The notes under the pieces: model-generated | What the model saw: the letters and a program-made list of their open reading frames with translations, nothing else | The model's database searches: none | Told to the model about the DNA's origin: nothing | Program-made: the position numbers and the translations under genes | DNA from: an uncultured Bacteroidota bacterium | GTDB taxonomy: Bacteria > Bacteroidota > Bacteroidia > UKL13-3 | DNA: 64,000 nt | Assembly (NCBI GenBank): GCA_903927505.1 | Contig: CAIYNF010000128.1 | Span: 39,636-103,635, forward strand | Direction of reading: 5' to 3' | Part shown: positions 10,248-20,931 of the stretch, piece by piece | Numbering within the stretch: position 1 is the first letter of the stretch | How the letters are laid out: every line of letters begins with the position of its first letter

Positions 10248-11489
10248 CTATTTTTCCATACAAACCTGTAGGATATTGTAACAAACTTCCACAGCTTTTT
10301 CCATATCCTGCACACTTACATATTCTTGCTTGCTGTGAATCCCCATTTCTCCTGTAAATATATTTGGGCATGGCAATCCCATAAACGAAAGGCGCGATCC
10401 ATCTGTTCCTCCTCTGATGTTTTGAATAGAAGCCTTTAAGCCACTTAATTGGTAAGCTTCCTCTGCAAATTTCATTACATGTAGTTGCTGGTCTAATATC
10501 TCGCGCATGTTTCTATATTGCTCCTGAACGCTAATAGAATAAGTAGCTCCAGGGAATTTGGCAATAGCTGTTTTTGCAATTTCTTCCAAACGATTTTCGT
10601 ACTCGCTTAATTTTTTTGTATCAAAATCACGTACAATAAATTGCACTTTTGCTTCTTCCAATCCACCTTCCATGTGCACGGGATGCACAAAACCTTCATA
10701 GCCTGAAGTTTGCTCTGGACACCAAGAATCACTTGGTAATAAGCTAATAAAATATGCTGCTACTTTCTGTGCATTAACCATCTTATTTTTTGCATAACCT
10801 GGATGTGCGCTAATACCATTAAAAACCAAGGTACAGCCATCTGCAGAAAACGATTCACCTTCTAAGTGTCCGCGCTCTCCGCCATCTAACGTATAACCAA
10901 AATCTGCACCTAATTTCTCCATATTCACCTTGTTTACACCTCTGCCAATTTCCTCATCAGGTGTAAATAAAATGCGCACCTTACCATGCGGAATGCTAGA
11001 ATTAGCCATTAAATAATTAGCCAAATCCATAATTATGGCAACACCCGCTTTGTCATCGGCACCAAGCAATGTATGGCCAGATGCAGTGATAATATCATCA
11101 CCTATGCGCTCTTTTAAATAGCTGTGTTTTTCTTTACTAATTACAACATTTGGTTCGTTGGGTAATACAATATCCGAACCATCATAATTTTTATGAAGAA
11201 TAGGAATAACGTTTGTGCCGCTGCAATCTGGCGCTGTATCTACGTGCGCGCAAAAGCATACTACAGGCGCTTTTGAATTTCCAGTTGCTGGAATAGTTGC
11301 ATACACATATCCATATTCATCCAATTCCGCATCTGCAATTCCCATTGCTTTAAGTTCTGAAACTAAAACGGCACTTAAGTCTTTTTGCTTCATAGAGCTT
11401 GGCTGTGTCTCCGAATTTGGATCAGCAGTAGTATCAATTTGAACATAGCGCATAAAGCGTTCTGCAAGGGTGCTTTGGTAGTTATTCAT
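10248..11489 (-). CDS. pepT: peptidase T (tripeptide aminopeptidase), M20 family
   Basis: 413 aa with a PepT-like N-terminus (LAERFMRYVQIDT) and M20 metal-binding regions (HVDTAPD, GADDKAG). Confidence 0.82.
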   Translation of the reverse strand: MNNYQSTLAERFMRYVQIDTTADPNSETQPSSMKQKDLSAVLVSELKAMGIADAELDEYGYVYATIPATGNSKAPVVCFCAHVDTAPDCSGTNVIPILHKNYDGSDIVLPNEPNVVISKEKHSYLKERIGDDIITASGHTLLGADDKAGVAIIMDLANYLMANSSIPHGKVRILFTPDEEIGRGVNKVNMEKLGADFGYTLDGGERGHLEGESFSADGCTLVFNGISAHPGYAKNKMVNAQKVAAYFISLLPSDSWCPEQTSGYEGFVHPVHMEGGLEEAKVQFIVRDFDTKKLSEYENRLEEIAKTAIAKFPGATYSISVQEQYRNMREILDQQLHVMKFAEEAYQLSGLKASIQNIRGGTDGSRLSFMGLPCPNIFTGEMGIHSKQEYVSVQDMEKAVEVCYNILQVCMEK

Positions 11490-11571
11490 GTTTTGCTTTT
11501 GAAAATAAAATCAAATTAAAGCAAATTTCTAGCAAATAATTAAACGAAATTTCCGCTCAATGTTTGTAAAT

Positions 11572-11605
11572 TTTGATTGTTCTAATAATTAAATATTTAA
11601 CTTTG
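11572..11605 (+). promoter_or_regulatory. candidate Bacteroidetes sigma-A promoter (-33 TTTG / -7 TAACTTTG) for the FN3-repeat cargo gene
   Basis: TTTG at 11572-11575 and an exact TAnnTTTG -7 box (TAACTTTG) at 11598-11605. The ATG follows at 11613. Confidence 0.35.
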
Positions 11606-11612
11606 AAATTCT

Positions 11613-14234
11613 ATGAAATTTCTACTTTCTTATATACTATTGGCTTTTGTGTTTTTCGGTTCGAACCAAAGCTATGCCATCAATGCACCAGTTAATAATA
11701 GCCCTGTAAATGGATCGTCTTTCAGTAAATTTGATATTTTTATATATGTAAATGCCGTAACAGGGGCAAAGGGTTACCAATTTCAAATTGATACCCTTAG
11801 TAGTTTCAATAGTTTAGGTTTAATTAAGGATACAACCCAAAACCAGTATGTTTATTCGCCTTTATTAAAAATTGGAAAAACCTATTTTTGGCGTGCCCGT
11901 GCTTACTCCGGAGCAGATACTTCGGTATGGTCTTCCACATGGTCTTTTACTACCACAAATGCTACGCAAACTTTAAACTCTCCAGCAAACAATACCACAG
12001 GTCCAATTGTACTTTTACGGCCTATGGGCGCTAGCAGTGTGGCAAGTATAAATTATATCATAGAAGTTGATACTAACATCAATTTAAATTCACCCATCAA
12101 GGTAGTTAGAACCCAAAACAATACCAATTTTACAGATTCTGTTCTGTTTGGATATGGTAGAAATTTATACTGGCGCGCCAAATCTTACAGCAGTTTTGGC
12201 GATACCTTCCAATGGTCGGGTATATATAAATATACCATCCATACACAACCTACATTAAATGGAAACCCAAGCACCCTATTAATGGTTGACCCAAAAATAA
12301 CTCCCAATTGGACCAATGTTGGTTTGTCTAGCATTCACCTGCAGTTAGATACTACTATGAGTTACAATACTTCGCGATTAATAGACCATATTATTCCTCC
12401 AGGTTACAATGCCGATACCATTTATAATTTATTTTTTGGCAAGGATTACTTCTATCGCATTCGTTGCGAATACCAAGGAAAAGTATCAACCTGGTCGTTT
12501 AATCAACCAATTAGGGTAAAGACAAATGGGTATTTAAGTTCGCCTTCAAATGGCTCAACAGTATACGGACTAAGCACAAACTTCGGATGGAGTGCCTTAA
12601 ATGGAACAAAATACCATTTCATACTATTTGGTGATTCTGCCGAAACAATTGTGCTAAAAGATACCATTACCAATATTGGAAATTACAGCTATAAAAATGA
12701 ATTAAAGTTAAATAAATGGTACCACTATAAGGTAACGTATTTTCACGATTTAGATGCAGCAAGCACGCTCACAGCTTACTTTAAAACCTATACTGGCATG
12801 GTAAATATTGGCGCACCCTATGCCAATGCTACCAATGTTTCTGTTCGCCCTCGTTTAAATTTTAGGAAGCAAACTTGGGGCACAGGTTATATTATGGAAA
12901 TAGATACTGGTGCTGCTTTTACAAGTACTCACAGTCCTTTTTATATTCGTATTATAGATAGTTTTAATTACGACGGATCTTATTACCATTACAAGGATAC
13001 TTCTTTGTTATACGGACAAAAATATGTTTGGCGTGTAGCTGCTTTAAAAGGAACAGATACGGCCGAAGCAACAACCAATAATTTTACAACAGCGGCTTTT
13101 CCTTTTAATTATTATCCTCCTAACAATTATATTGGAACAGGAACTTCTACCAATGGTTTGGTAACTGGAATTACTGGCTCTACTTGGATTCAATGGGAAT
13201 TAGATTCATCCCTTAATTTTAATTCTCCACTTAGAATTAGTGGCACAGATCCGCATATTCCAGATGATTTTACCCCAGCCTATGTTGGGCTTAATTTTAG
13301 TCCCGACTTAAATTTTGAAACCAAATATTATTGGCATGCGCGCTGCATCAATGCTGTGGATACAGGGAATTGGGGCAATGCATTTAACTTTTTAACAACC
13401 CAACCTGTTTGGGCTATAAATCCAATAAATGGTGCAAGCAATATTGCTACCAGTGTGAATTTACAATGGGGCGTTCAAGGAAGTACATCTGAATTAGTTT
13501 TCCAATACCAAGCAAGCAAAGATTCAAATTTTGTTGGTACACCTATTATGTCGCTTGCCGCCAATGCCTCTCCAAACGCCACTATTAGCTGTCAATATGC
13601 AACTAAATACTTTTGGCGTGCCCGTGCAATTAATGAAAAGGATACCAGCAATTGGTCGCCCAATTTTAATTTCACCACACAAAATCCTCCCACCATTGCA
13701 AGGCCTCAATTGTTATTACCTGCAAATGGTGCCAGCAATGTAAAGCTAGGAAATATTACGCTGGTTTGGTCGGCAGTAAGCAATGCATTTAGTTATGATG
13801 TACAAGTTTCAGACACATCAGACTTTTCAACAATTATTGCTTCAGGAACAACGGCAGGTACCTCAAGTATTTTTACAGGAGCTACCAAACAAAAAACATA
13901 TTATTGGCGTGTGAGAGGAAAAATAGTAGATTATGCAGGGCAATGGGCATTTCCTTATTTGTTCGAAACAGGCGTTCCTATAGGAATTTCAGAAGTTAAT
14001 AAACCAATGAATGACCTAATTTTTCCAAATCCAACAAATCATCAATTTACTATTCAAAGTGCTGGAAACTTTTCGTTTCAAGTGTTTTCAAATGAGGGTA
14101 AATTGGTTTTCGGTTCGAGCCAAAACCGCGATGAAGCCATTGTTGATACTGATAATTGGGCAGCAGGACTCTATATAATTTGCATTGAAAAGGAGGGTGT
14201 AAAAAGCAAGCAAAAAATGCAAGTAATAAAATAA
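11613..14234 (+). CDS. secreted multi-repeat (fibronectin-III-like) protein with a T9SS C-terminal sorting domain
   Basis: Signal peptide MKFLLSYILLAFVFFGSNQSYA. Roughly eight ~100-aa repeats share Y(F/Y)WR(A/V)R...W..F(T)T. The C-terminal ~80 aa (FPNPTNHQFTIQ...LYIICIEKEGVKSKQKMQVIK) matches the Por/T9SS CTD pattern. Confidence 0.7.
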   Translation: MKFLLSYILLAFVFFGSNQSYAINAPVNNSPVNGSSFSKFDIFIYVNAVTGAKGYQFQIDTLSSFNSLGLIKDTTQNQYVYSPLLKIGKTYFWRARAYSGADTSVWSSTWSFTTTNATQTLNSPANNTTGPIVLLRPMGASSVASINYIIEVDTNINLNSPIKVVRTQNNTNFTDSVLFGYGRNLYWRAKSYSSFGDTFQWSGIYKYTIHTQPTLNGNPSTLLMVDPKITPNWTNVGLSSIHLQLDTTMSYNTSRLIDHIIPPGYNADTIYNLFFGKDYFYRIRCEYQGKVSTWSFNQPIRVKTNGYLSSPSNGSTVYGLSTNFGWSALNGTKYHFILFGDSAETIVLKDTITNIGNYSYKNELKLNKWYHYKVTYFHDLDAASTLTAYFKTYTGMVNIGAPYANATNVSVRPRLNFRKQTWGTGYIMEIDTGAAFTSTHSPFYIRIIDSFNYDGSYYHYKDTSLLYGQKYVWRVAALKGTDTAEATTNNFTTAAFPFNYYPPNNYIGTGTSTNGLVTGITGSTWIQWELDSSLNFNSPLRISGTDPHIPDDFTPAYVGLNFSPDLNFETKYYWHARCINAVDTGNWGNAFNFLTTQPVWAINPINGASNIATSVNLQWGVQGSTSELVFQYQASKDSNFVGTPIMSLAANASPNATISCQYATKYFWRARAINEKDTSNWSPNFNFTTQNPPTIARPQLLLPANGASNVKLGNITLVWSAVSNAFSYDVQVSDTSDFSTIIASGTTAGTSSIFTGATKQKTYYWRVRGKIVDYAGQWAFPYLFETGVPIGISEVNKPMNDLIFPNPTNHQFTIQSAGNFSFQVFSNEGKLVFGSSQNRDEAIVDTDNWAAGLYIICIEKEGVKSKQKMQVIK
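11658..11667. repeat. GGTTCGAACC palindromic decamer (exact)
   Basis: Coding, frame 1: it encodes FGSNQ in the signal peptide of the FN3-repeat cargo gene. Confidence 0.9.
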
Positions 14235-14306
14235 ACAAACACTTGTTAATACTTTCTTTTGGTGGGTAGTATTTGTTTTCCTAGATTTGCCCAAATCTAA
14301 ACTACT

Positions 14307-15407
14307 TTGAACCGATCAGTCAATAAGTTTCCGGCCACCTTGCTTCTTGCAGATGGTACGGTATTCACAGGAACCTCCATTGGGAAAATAGGTTCCACCA
14401 CAGGAGAAATTTGTTTCAATACCGGCATGACAGGCTACCAAGAGATCTTTACAGATCCCAGTTATACTGGTCAGGTTTTGGTTCAAACCAATGTGCATAT
14501 TGGTAATTATGGCATAAACCATATGGAGCAAGAATCTGATACCATTAAAATTGCAGGCCTGGTTTGTAAAAATTTCAATGTGCCTTATTCACGCAAACAA
14601 GCAGATCAATCTGTACAAGAATATTTTGCACTAAACAATGTTGTTGGTATTGCAGATATCGATACCCGCGAATTGGTTCGTCACGTGAGAAGCAAAGGAG
14701 CTATGAACGCCATTATTTCTTCTGAAAACAAAACAATAGAAGAATTAAAAGCAGAATTAGCAGCAGTTCCTTCAATGGAAGGTTTAGAATTATCAAGTAC
14801 TGTTTCTACGCAAGAAACCTATTATTTGGGCGATCCAAGCTCAGAAAAGCGGGTAGCTGTGCTAGATTTAGGTGTTAAACAAAATATTTTAAGATGTTTA
14901 ACTGAGCGTGGCGCTTACCTCGCTGTATATAATTGCAAATCTACATTCGAAGACATGATGGCATTTAAACCAAATGGTTTTATGATCAGCAATGGTCCTG
15001 GCGACCCTGCTGTGATGCCTTATGCGGTAGATACCGTTAAGAAAATTGTAGATGCAAATATTCCTTTGTTTGGAATTTGCTTAGGTCACCAAATGTTAGC
15101 AGAATCGCAAGGACTAAAAACATTTAAAATGTTTAATGGACACAGAGGTTTAAACCACCCTGTAAAAAATATAATTACGGGTAAATGTGAAGTTACTTCT
15201 CAAAACCACGGATTTGGCGTAAGCATGGACGAAACACTTAATCACCCCACCGTTGAATTAACCCATGTGAATTTAAACGACAATTCAGTGGAAGGAATTC
15301 GTATAAAAAACAAAAAAGCATTTTCTGTCCAATACCATCCTGAAGCTGCACCTGGGCCTGAAGACAGTCGCTATTTATTCGATGATTTCATTGCAATGAT
15401 GGCTTAA
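14307..15407 (+). CDS. carA: carbamoyl-phosphate synthase small (glutaminase) subunit
   Basis: CarA N-terminal domain (LLLADGTVFTG...) plus a class-I glutamine amidotransferase domain (GICLGHQ). It uses a TTG start, as the ORF track shows. Confidence 0.88.
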   Translation: MNRSVNKFPATLLLADGTVFTGTSIGKIGSTTGEICFNTGMTGYQEIFTDPSYTGQVLVQTNVHIGNYGINHMEQESDTIKIAGLVCKNFNVPYSRKQADQSVQEYFALNNVVGIADIDTRELVRHVRSKGAMNAIISSENKTIEELKAELAAVPSMEGLELSSTVSTQETYYLGDPSSEKRVAVLDLGVKQNILRCLTERGAYLAVYNCKSTFEDMMAFKPNGFMISNGPGDPAVMPYAVDTVKKIVDANIPLFGICLGHQMLAESQGLKTFKMFNGHRGLNHPVKNIITGKCEVTSQNHGFGVSMDETLNHPTVELTHVNLNDNSVEGIRIKNKKAFSVQYHPEAAPGPEDSRYLFDDFIAMMA

Positions 15408-15433
15408 TTAAATTTACCAAATTGATTCAATAA

Positions 15434-16753
<1,320 letters not shown>

Positions 16754-16758
16754 TCAAA

Positions 16759-17073
16759 ATGGCAATAAGGCTAAATCCCAAGTATATCAAAGCTGTTAGG
16801 AATAAATATTTTCTAACAGCTATGGCATTTTTGTTCTTGCTATTAGTGAATGAACGCAACAGCATTTTCGATCAAATTCAATACAGCAAAGATTTAAAAG
16901 AGGTTCAGCAGAAATACAATTACTACCAAACTGAAATTAAAAAAGTGAAGAAGGAAAAAGAGGAATTGTTTGGTAACCGAAAAAACATTGAAAAATTTGC
17001 CCGCGAAAAATACCTCATGAAAGCAGATAACGAAGATGTTTTTGTAATGATTGAAGAGGATACAGAGCAGTAA
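16759..17073 (+). CDS. septum formation initiator (FtsB/DivIC-like) protein
   Basis: 104 aa with a single TM segment followed by a coiled-coil. A gene of this kind typically sits right after eno in Bacteroidota. Confidence 0.55.
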   Translation: MAIRLNPKYIKAVRNKYFLTAMAFLFLLLVNERNSIFDQIQYSKDLKEVQQKYNYYQTEIKKVKKEKEELFGNRKNIEKFAREKYLMKADNEDVFVMIEEDTEQ

Positions 17074-17127
17074 ACTTTTTCTTATTTATTAGTTTTAATC
17101 ACTATTCAGTTTCAAATTATTGAAATA

Positions 17128-17160
17128 AAAAAAGCCCTCACTTTCGTAAGGGCTTTTTTG
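17128..17160. terminator. rho-independent terminator
   Basis: Hairpin AAGCCCT-cactttcgta-AGGGCTT followed by TTTTTT. It lies between the ftsB-like gene and the 3' end of the antisense tRNA. Confidence 0.7.
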
Positions 17161-17235
17161 GGTGGAATACCGGGCTCGAACCGGCGACCTCCTGAACCAC
17201 AATCAGGCGCTCTAACCAACTGAGCTAAAACCACC
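17161..17235 (-). tRNA. tRNA-His (anticodon GTG)
   Basis: Minus-strand cloverleaf with D-arm GCTCAGTTGGTTAGAGC, anticodon stem-loop CCTGA-TTGTGGT-TCAGG (anticodon GTG) and T-arm GCCGG-TTCGAGC-CCGGT. There is an extra 5' G(-1) opposite C73, which is the hallmark of tRNA-His. The CCA end is not fully encoded. Confidence 0.8.
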
Positions 17236-17290
17236 ATTTAAGGAGGGCAAATTTAGCAATTGGCGCGCAAAATTCAAATTAAATTTTATT

Positions 17291-18040
17291 TTACTTCAGA
17301 AGTAGCTCAATTTCATCCCAATTCACTACGTTCCAAAAGTTAGTTACGTAAGCCCCACGCTTATTTTGGTGCTTTAAATAGTAAGCATGCTCCCATAAAT
17401 CAATTCCTAAAATCACTTTTGGTATCATTTCTGGCGTTTTTCCGGCATCCATTAATGGATTGTCTTGGTTGCTAGTAGCACTAATTTTTAACTGATTATT
17501 TTGAAGGATTAACCATGCCCAACCCGAACCAAAAACACCCAATGATACCTTTTCAAATGTGCTCTTAAAAGTTTCAATGCTGCCAAATGAAGCAATAGCT
17601 AACTTAGTAAAATTTGGGCCCATTTGTGTTCCTGTTTTCATCGATTTCCAAAAGAAACTATGGTTCCAATGTCCACCACCATGGTTTCTAATAGCGGTTT
17701 TTACAGCACTTGGCAAACCAGATAGGTTCAATAATAATTCATCTAAACTCTTGCCTCTCAAGCTTGGTTCTTTATCAATTGCTTCATTTAATTTATTCAC
17801 ATAGGTTTGGTGATGCTTTGAATAATGTATCTCCATTGTTTGTGCATCAATAAAAGGTTCCAATGCATAATAATCATAGCCCAATGGAGCTAATTCAAAC
17901 CTTCCGTTGTTTGGCATAAGGCTTCCATCCAACTTTGTAAAGGTGCTAACAAATATATCTTTTGCATTTGCGCCCAAACCAAGCACTCCTAAACCTAAAA
18001 GTGTAGAGTTGCGTATAAATTCTTTTCTATTGCTTTTCAT
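17291..18040 (-). CDS. Fe/Mn superoxide dismutase with a Tat-type signal peptide
   Basis: SOD motifs HHQTYV and DLWEHAYY. N-terminus MKSNRKEFIRNSTLLGLGVLGLGANA with an RxFxR-like twin-arginine region. Confidence 0.85.
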   Translation of the reverse strand: MKSNRKEFIRNSTLLGLGVLGLGANAKDIFVSTFTKLDGSLMPNNGRFELAPLGYDYYALEPFIDAQTMEIHYSKHHQTYVNKLNEAIDKEPSLRGKSLDELLLNLSGLPSAVKTAIRNHGGGHWNHSFFWKSMKTGTQMGPNFTKLAIASFGSIETFKSTFEKVSLGVFGSGWAWLILQNNQLKISATSNQDNPLMDAGKTPEMIPKVILGIDLWEHAYYLKHQNKRGAYVTNFWNVVNWDEIELLLK

Positions 18041-18044
18041 CAGC

Positions 18045-19928
18045 TTAATTATTTTGTATGATTAATTTCTTACTCATCAAAGGTACCTCATCTAAGAGCA
18101 ATTGGTATAAATATAATCCTGTAGTAAATTGGCTTGTATTTAACTCATATTGGTGCAAGCCTTCCGCACTTTGTGGCATATCTTGTGTGTGCACCACCTT
18201 GCCATTTATGTCCCTTATTACAACTTTTACATTTTCGGTTCGAACCAATTTAAAAGCTATGGTAACACTTTCTGCTGCCGGATTTGGCCAAGCTGTGAAC
18301 AAATGATTTTTACTTTCAATGGTGTTTGTTTCAATACCAGTTGCGTATTTTAATTTCATTTGATAATAACCGCCTTTCATAGCATTTAAAGGCTTGTAAG
18401 AGGTTTTGTTATTATTGCTTTTTGCTTCCAAGTAATAATATAAGCTATCACTTCCTTGTAAATTTGCATTGGCAATATCACCAATCCAATAACCACTGCT
18501 ATCTGTTAAGTTACTTTTATTCCAAGCGCTTGCATTGTTTTTTACCCAATAACAACTGGCTTCCTTAATGCCACTTTTATTATCAATCTTTGCTATTATA
18601 TGGTAATTATTCAATGCTGGAACTATTCCATCAACACTTGGATGCCAAAAACGGATTGGATTTTCAACCGGAATTTGCATGGTAATACAATGAATGGCAC
18701 CACCCAATGGCGATAAATCTCTGCTATCAATTGGAACAATTTTATACCCAGGGAAAGTTTGCTTATAAAATGCCATTATTCTTCTGTGTTGTGCTGCATT
18801 CCCGGTAAATCCATCGTAATAGGAGGGAAAAATAAAACTACCATTTACCGTTAAGCCATTGATAAAATTACGCGCGTCATTGTTCAACTGCGCGCAACTT
18901 TTAGTGGTATGTAAGCCATTGTCGTCTGTTGGATGTTCTACTCGTATAATCCTAAAAGGCCTGTTGTACGTGCTTTTAAGGGTACTTAAATACTGGTAAT
19001 TGTCTTCAATAATCTTTTTGTCGTTAGCAGTAATTTCAGATGGATATTGCGCCACAATTAAAGATTGCTCATCTATTAATTTCACATATAAATCTATATG
19101 CCCAGTGCCGCCATCACATTTTAATGAAACTAAATTTGTAAGGTTTGGTGTATTAAATAGTTTTAACAAAGTATCATTGGTTTGTTGGGTGCTCCAAGGA
19201 CTGGTATGAACGCCAACTTCGGCGTTTATTGATGGAATTACATCACTGTAAAATAAACGTCCAAATCCATCTGCCATTAAATTTCCTCCTTCGGCATTCA
19301 AGGAAGTTTCATAGTTTTCATAACCCATAGCGGCTGCCAATTGAGAAGGGAATAAATTATCAAAATCCCTTCCAGCATAATATTTCATATCCACAAAGCC
19401 AATACTATCTAAGTTTTTCGAGTAAAATGCCATAGGGCCGTAATCCCTCGTCCACCAATCATCTCCGTTGTTTACAATGAACTTGTAATTTGTTAATGGC
19501 ATGCCACGCGTTACCATATTGTTTTTCACAAGCGTAGTATCACTGTTTTTTAAAACTTTAATCCAAACAGTACACTCTTGTTGTATGGCATTTGCCAACT
19601 GCGCAGAAACATCTGCATAAACAGATGTAAGATCCATACCAGAAGGGTTTCCGTTAATGTCGTAATCAAACGACCAGCTAATTGCCACCGCTTGAGATTC
19701 TTCAAACTCGCCAGGAGAAATAATACCTAATGGCATCATTTTATTGAGGTTTCTTTTAAATAAATTCTCGTTTTCAGCTGGGTTGCGCATGGCTTTTTCT
19801 TGCGCTGTTTGGTAAGCAGGTTTCTTTGCTGGCCTTTGGGTTTGGGCATCGCTGGAAGAACGCATTCCAAATGCCAAAAGGGAAAGGCATATACCTTTTA
19901 AAACTAATTTACTATTCATATGATACAT
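18045..19928 (-). CDS. agmatine deiminase / Porphyromonas-type peptidylarginine deiminase family enzyme with a T9SS C-terminal sorting domain
   Basis: Family signatures WWTRDYGP and C-terminal catalytic GGAIHCITMQIP. Signal peptide present. The last ~80 aa (FTAWPNPAAESVTIAFKL...LYLYQLLLDE...) match the T9SS CTD pattern. Confidence 0.72.
   Translation of the reverse strand: MYHMNSKLVLKGICLSLLAFGMRSSSDAQTQRPAKKPAYQTAQEKAMRNPAENENLFKRNLNKMMPLGIISPGEFEESQAVAISWSFDYDINGNPSGMDLTSVYADVSAQLANAIQQECTVWIKVLKNSDTTLVKNNMVTRGMPLTNYKFIVNNGDDWWTRDYGPMAFYSKNLDSIGFVDMKYYAGRDFDNLFPSQLAAAMGYENYETSLNAEGGNLMADGFGRLFYSDVIPSINAEVGVHTSPWSTQQTNDTLLKLFNTPNLTNLVSLKCDGGTGHIDLYVKLIDEQSLIVAQYPSEITANDKKIIEDNYQYLSTLKSTYNRPFRIIRVEHPTDDNGLHTTKSCAQLNNDARNFINGLTVNGSFIFPSYYDGFTGNAAQHRRIMAFYKQTFPGYKIVPIDSRDLSPLGGAIHCITMQIPVENPIRFWHPSVDGIVPALNNYHIIAKIDNKSGIKEASCYWVKNNASAWNKSNLTDSSGYWIGDIANANLQGSDSLYYYLEAKSNNNKTSYKPLNAMKGGYYQMKLKYATGIETNTIESKNHLFTAWPNPAAESVTIAFKLVRTENVKVVIRDINGKVVHTQDMPQSAEGLHQYELNTSQFTTGLYLYQLLLDEVPLMSKKLIIQNN
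18237..18246. repeat. GGTTCGAACC palindromic decamer (exact)
   Basis: Coding, minus strand: it encodes LVRTE in the T9SS CTD of the PAD-family gene. Confidence 0.9.
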
Positions 19929-19984
19929 TGATGTTAATTACTCTGTTTGAATTGCTATTTTCGCAATAAATAATATTCGAACTT

Positions 19985-20917
19985 ATGACAAGTCGGGAAA
20001 CTTTCAAAGTATACCAAAGTGGAAAATTGCCATTTATTATAAATGACCTAAAAAGGAGGGAAGAACCGCTGAAAGTATTGATGTGTAACCCCGAACATTT
20101 TGACATTATAGATGTAAAAAATATCCACATGGAAGGAATGGCTTCCTCATTGAATAAGAATAAAGCCATTCAACAATGGGATGATTTAAAATCAATATAC
20201 CAAAAACTTGTCGTTGAAGGATTGCTAAAAGAATTGAAAGTTATTGATGGGGCAAAAGGCTGTGAGGACATGGTTTTTTGTGCCAACCAGAGCTTTCCTT
20301 ATTTGACTAATAGCAACGAAAAAACAGTTTGGATGAGCAAAATGCGTCATGCATCTCGCCAGAATGAAGTGCCGTTTTTTGAGGATTTTTTTAAAAACTT
20401 GGGCTATACCCCTAAGCATTTTAAGCAAACAGATTTATTTGAAGGTATGGGCGATACCATTCCACATCCCGGAAAACAATTGCTTTATGGTGGTTATGGG
20501 CATCGCAGTAAAACAGATGCATACGAGGAATTAAGCAAAGAATTAAACGTTCCAATTATTGCCTTAGAATTAATCAACGAAAACTTTTACCACCTCGATA
20601 CTTGTTTTGTGCCACTCTCTGAAACCCAAGTAATGCTATGCAGAGAAGCATTTACTGCAGAAGGATTTGCTTTAATTCAACAATGCTTTGATGATATTTT
20701 TGAAATCCCAATGGATGAAGCCATTCAAACATTTTGTTTAAATGCCCATGTGGTAACAAATAATTATACAAATCAAAAAGCTGCAATTATCCAAGTCGGA
20801 AGCACCGCTGCCAAAGATGCTTTGGAGAAATGCGGATATAAAATTTACGAAGTGGAAACAAGTGAATTTATGAAATCTGGCGGCAGCGTATTCTGTATGA
20901 AAATGATGTATTATTAA
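19985..20917 (+). CDS. amidinotransferase-superfamily hydrolase (DDAH / CtlX-like)
   Basis: 310 aa. The C-terminal KSGGSVFCM resembles the DDAH catalytic-Cys motif (xxGG(V/S)xCM). No signal peptide. Confidence 0.55.
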   Translation: MTSRETFKVYQSGKLPFIINDLKRREEPLKVLMCNPEHFDIIDVKNIHMEGMASSLNKNKAIQQWDDLKSIYQKLVVEGLLKELKVIDGAKGCEDMVFCANQSFPYLTNSNEKTVWMSKMRHASRQNEVPFFEDFFKNLGYTPKHFKQTDLFEGMGDTIPHPGKQLLYGGYGHRSKTDAYEELSKELNVPIIALELINENFYHLDTCFVPLSETQVMLCREAFTAEGFALIQQCFDDIFEIPMDEAIQTFCLNAHVVTNNYTNQKAAIIQVGSTAAKDALEKCGYKIYEVETSEFMKSGGSVFCMKMMYY

Positions 20918-20919
20918 TT

Positions 20920-20929
20920 GGTTCGAACC
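20920..20929. repeat. GGTTCGAACC palindromic decamer (exact; TTGGTTCGAACCAA 14-mer palindrome)
   Basis: Intergenic, 3 nt after the stop of the DDAH-like gene and between convergent genes. Confidence 0.9.
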
Positions 20930-20931
20930 AA

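Noticed and set aside
14307-14320. Possible mis-called carA start (no ATG)
   Set aside because: The conserved CarA N-terminus (LLLADGTVF) begins only 12 codons in, and no in-frame ATG exists upstream before a stop codon. A TTG start is accepted.
17074-17290. tRNA-His as an integration site for a genomic island
   Set aside because: Both flanks carry core genes (eno/ftsB-like on one side, sod on the other). There is no integrase, no direct repeat of the tRNA 3' end, and no compositional shift.
19941-19984. Possible ArgR box (TGAAT ... ATTCGA) in the promoter of the PAD/DDAH genes
   Set aside because: The half-sites are about 22 nt apart, not the 4-nt A/T spacing of a real ARG box. Only the ATTGC-N7-GCAAT inverted repeat is retained, inside a finding.
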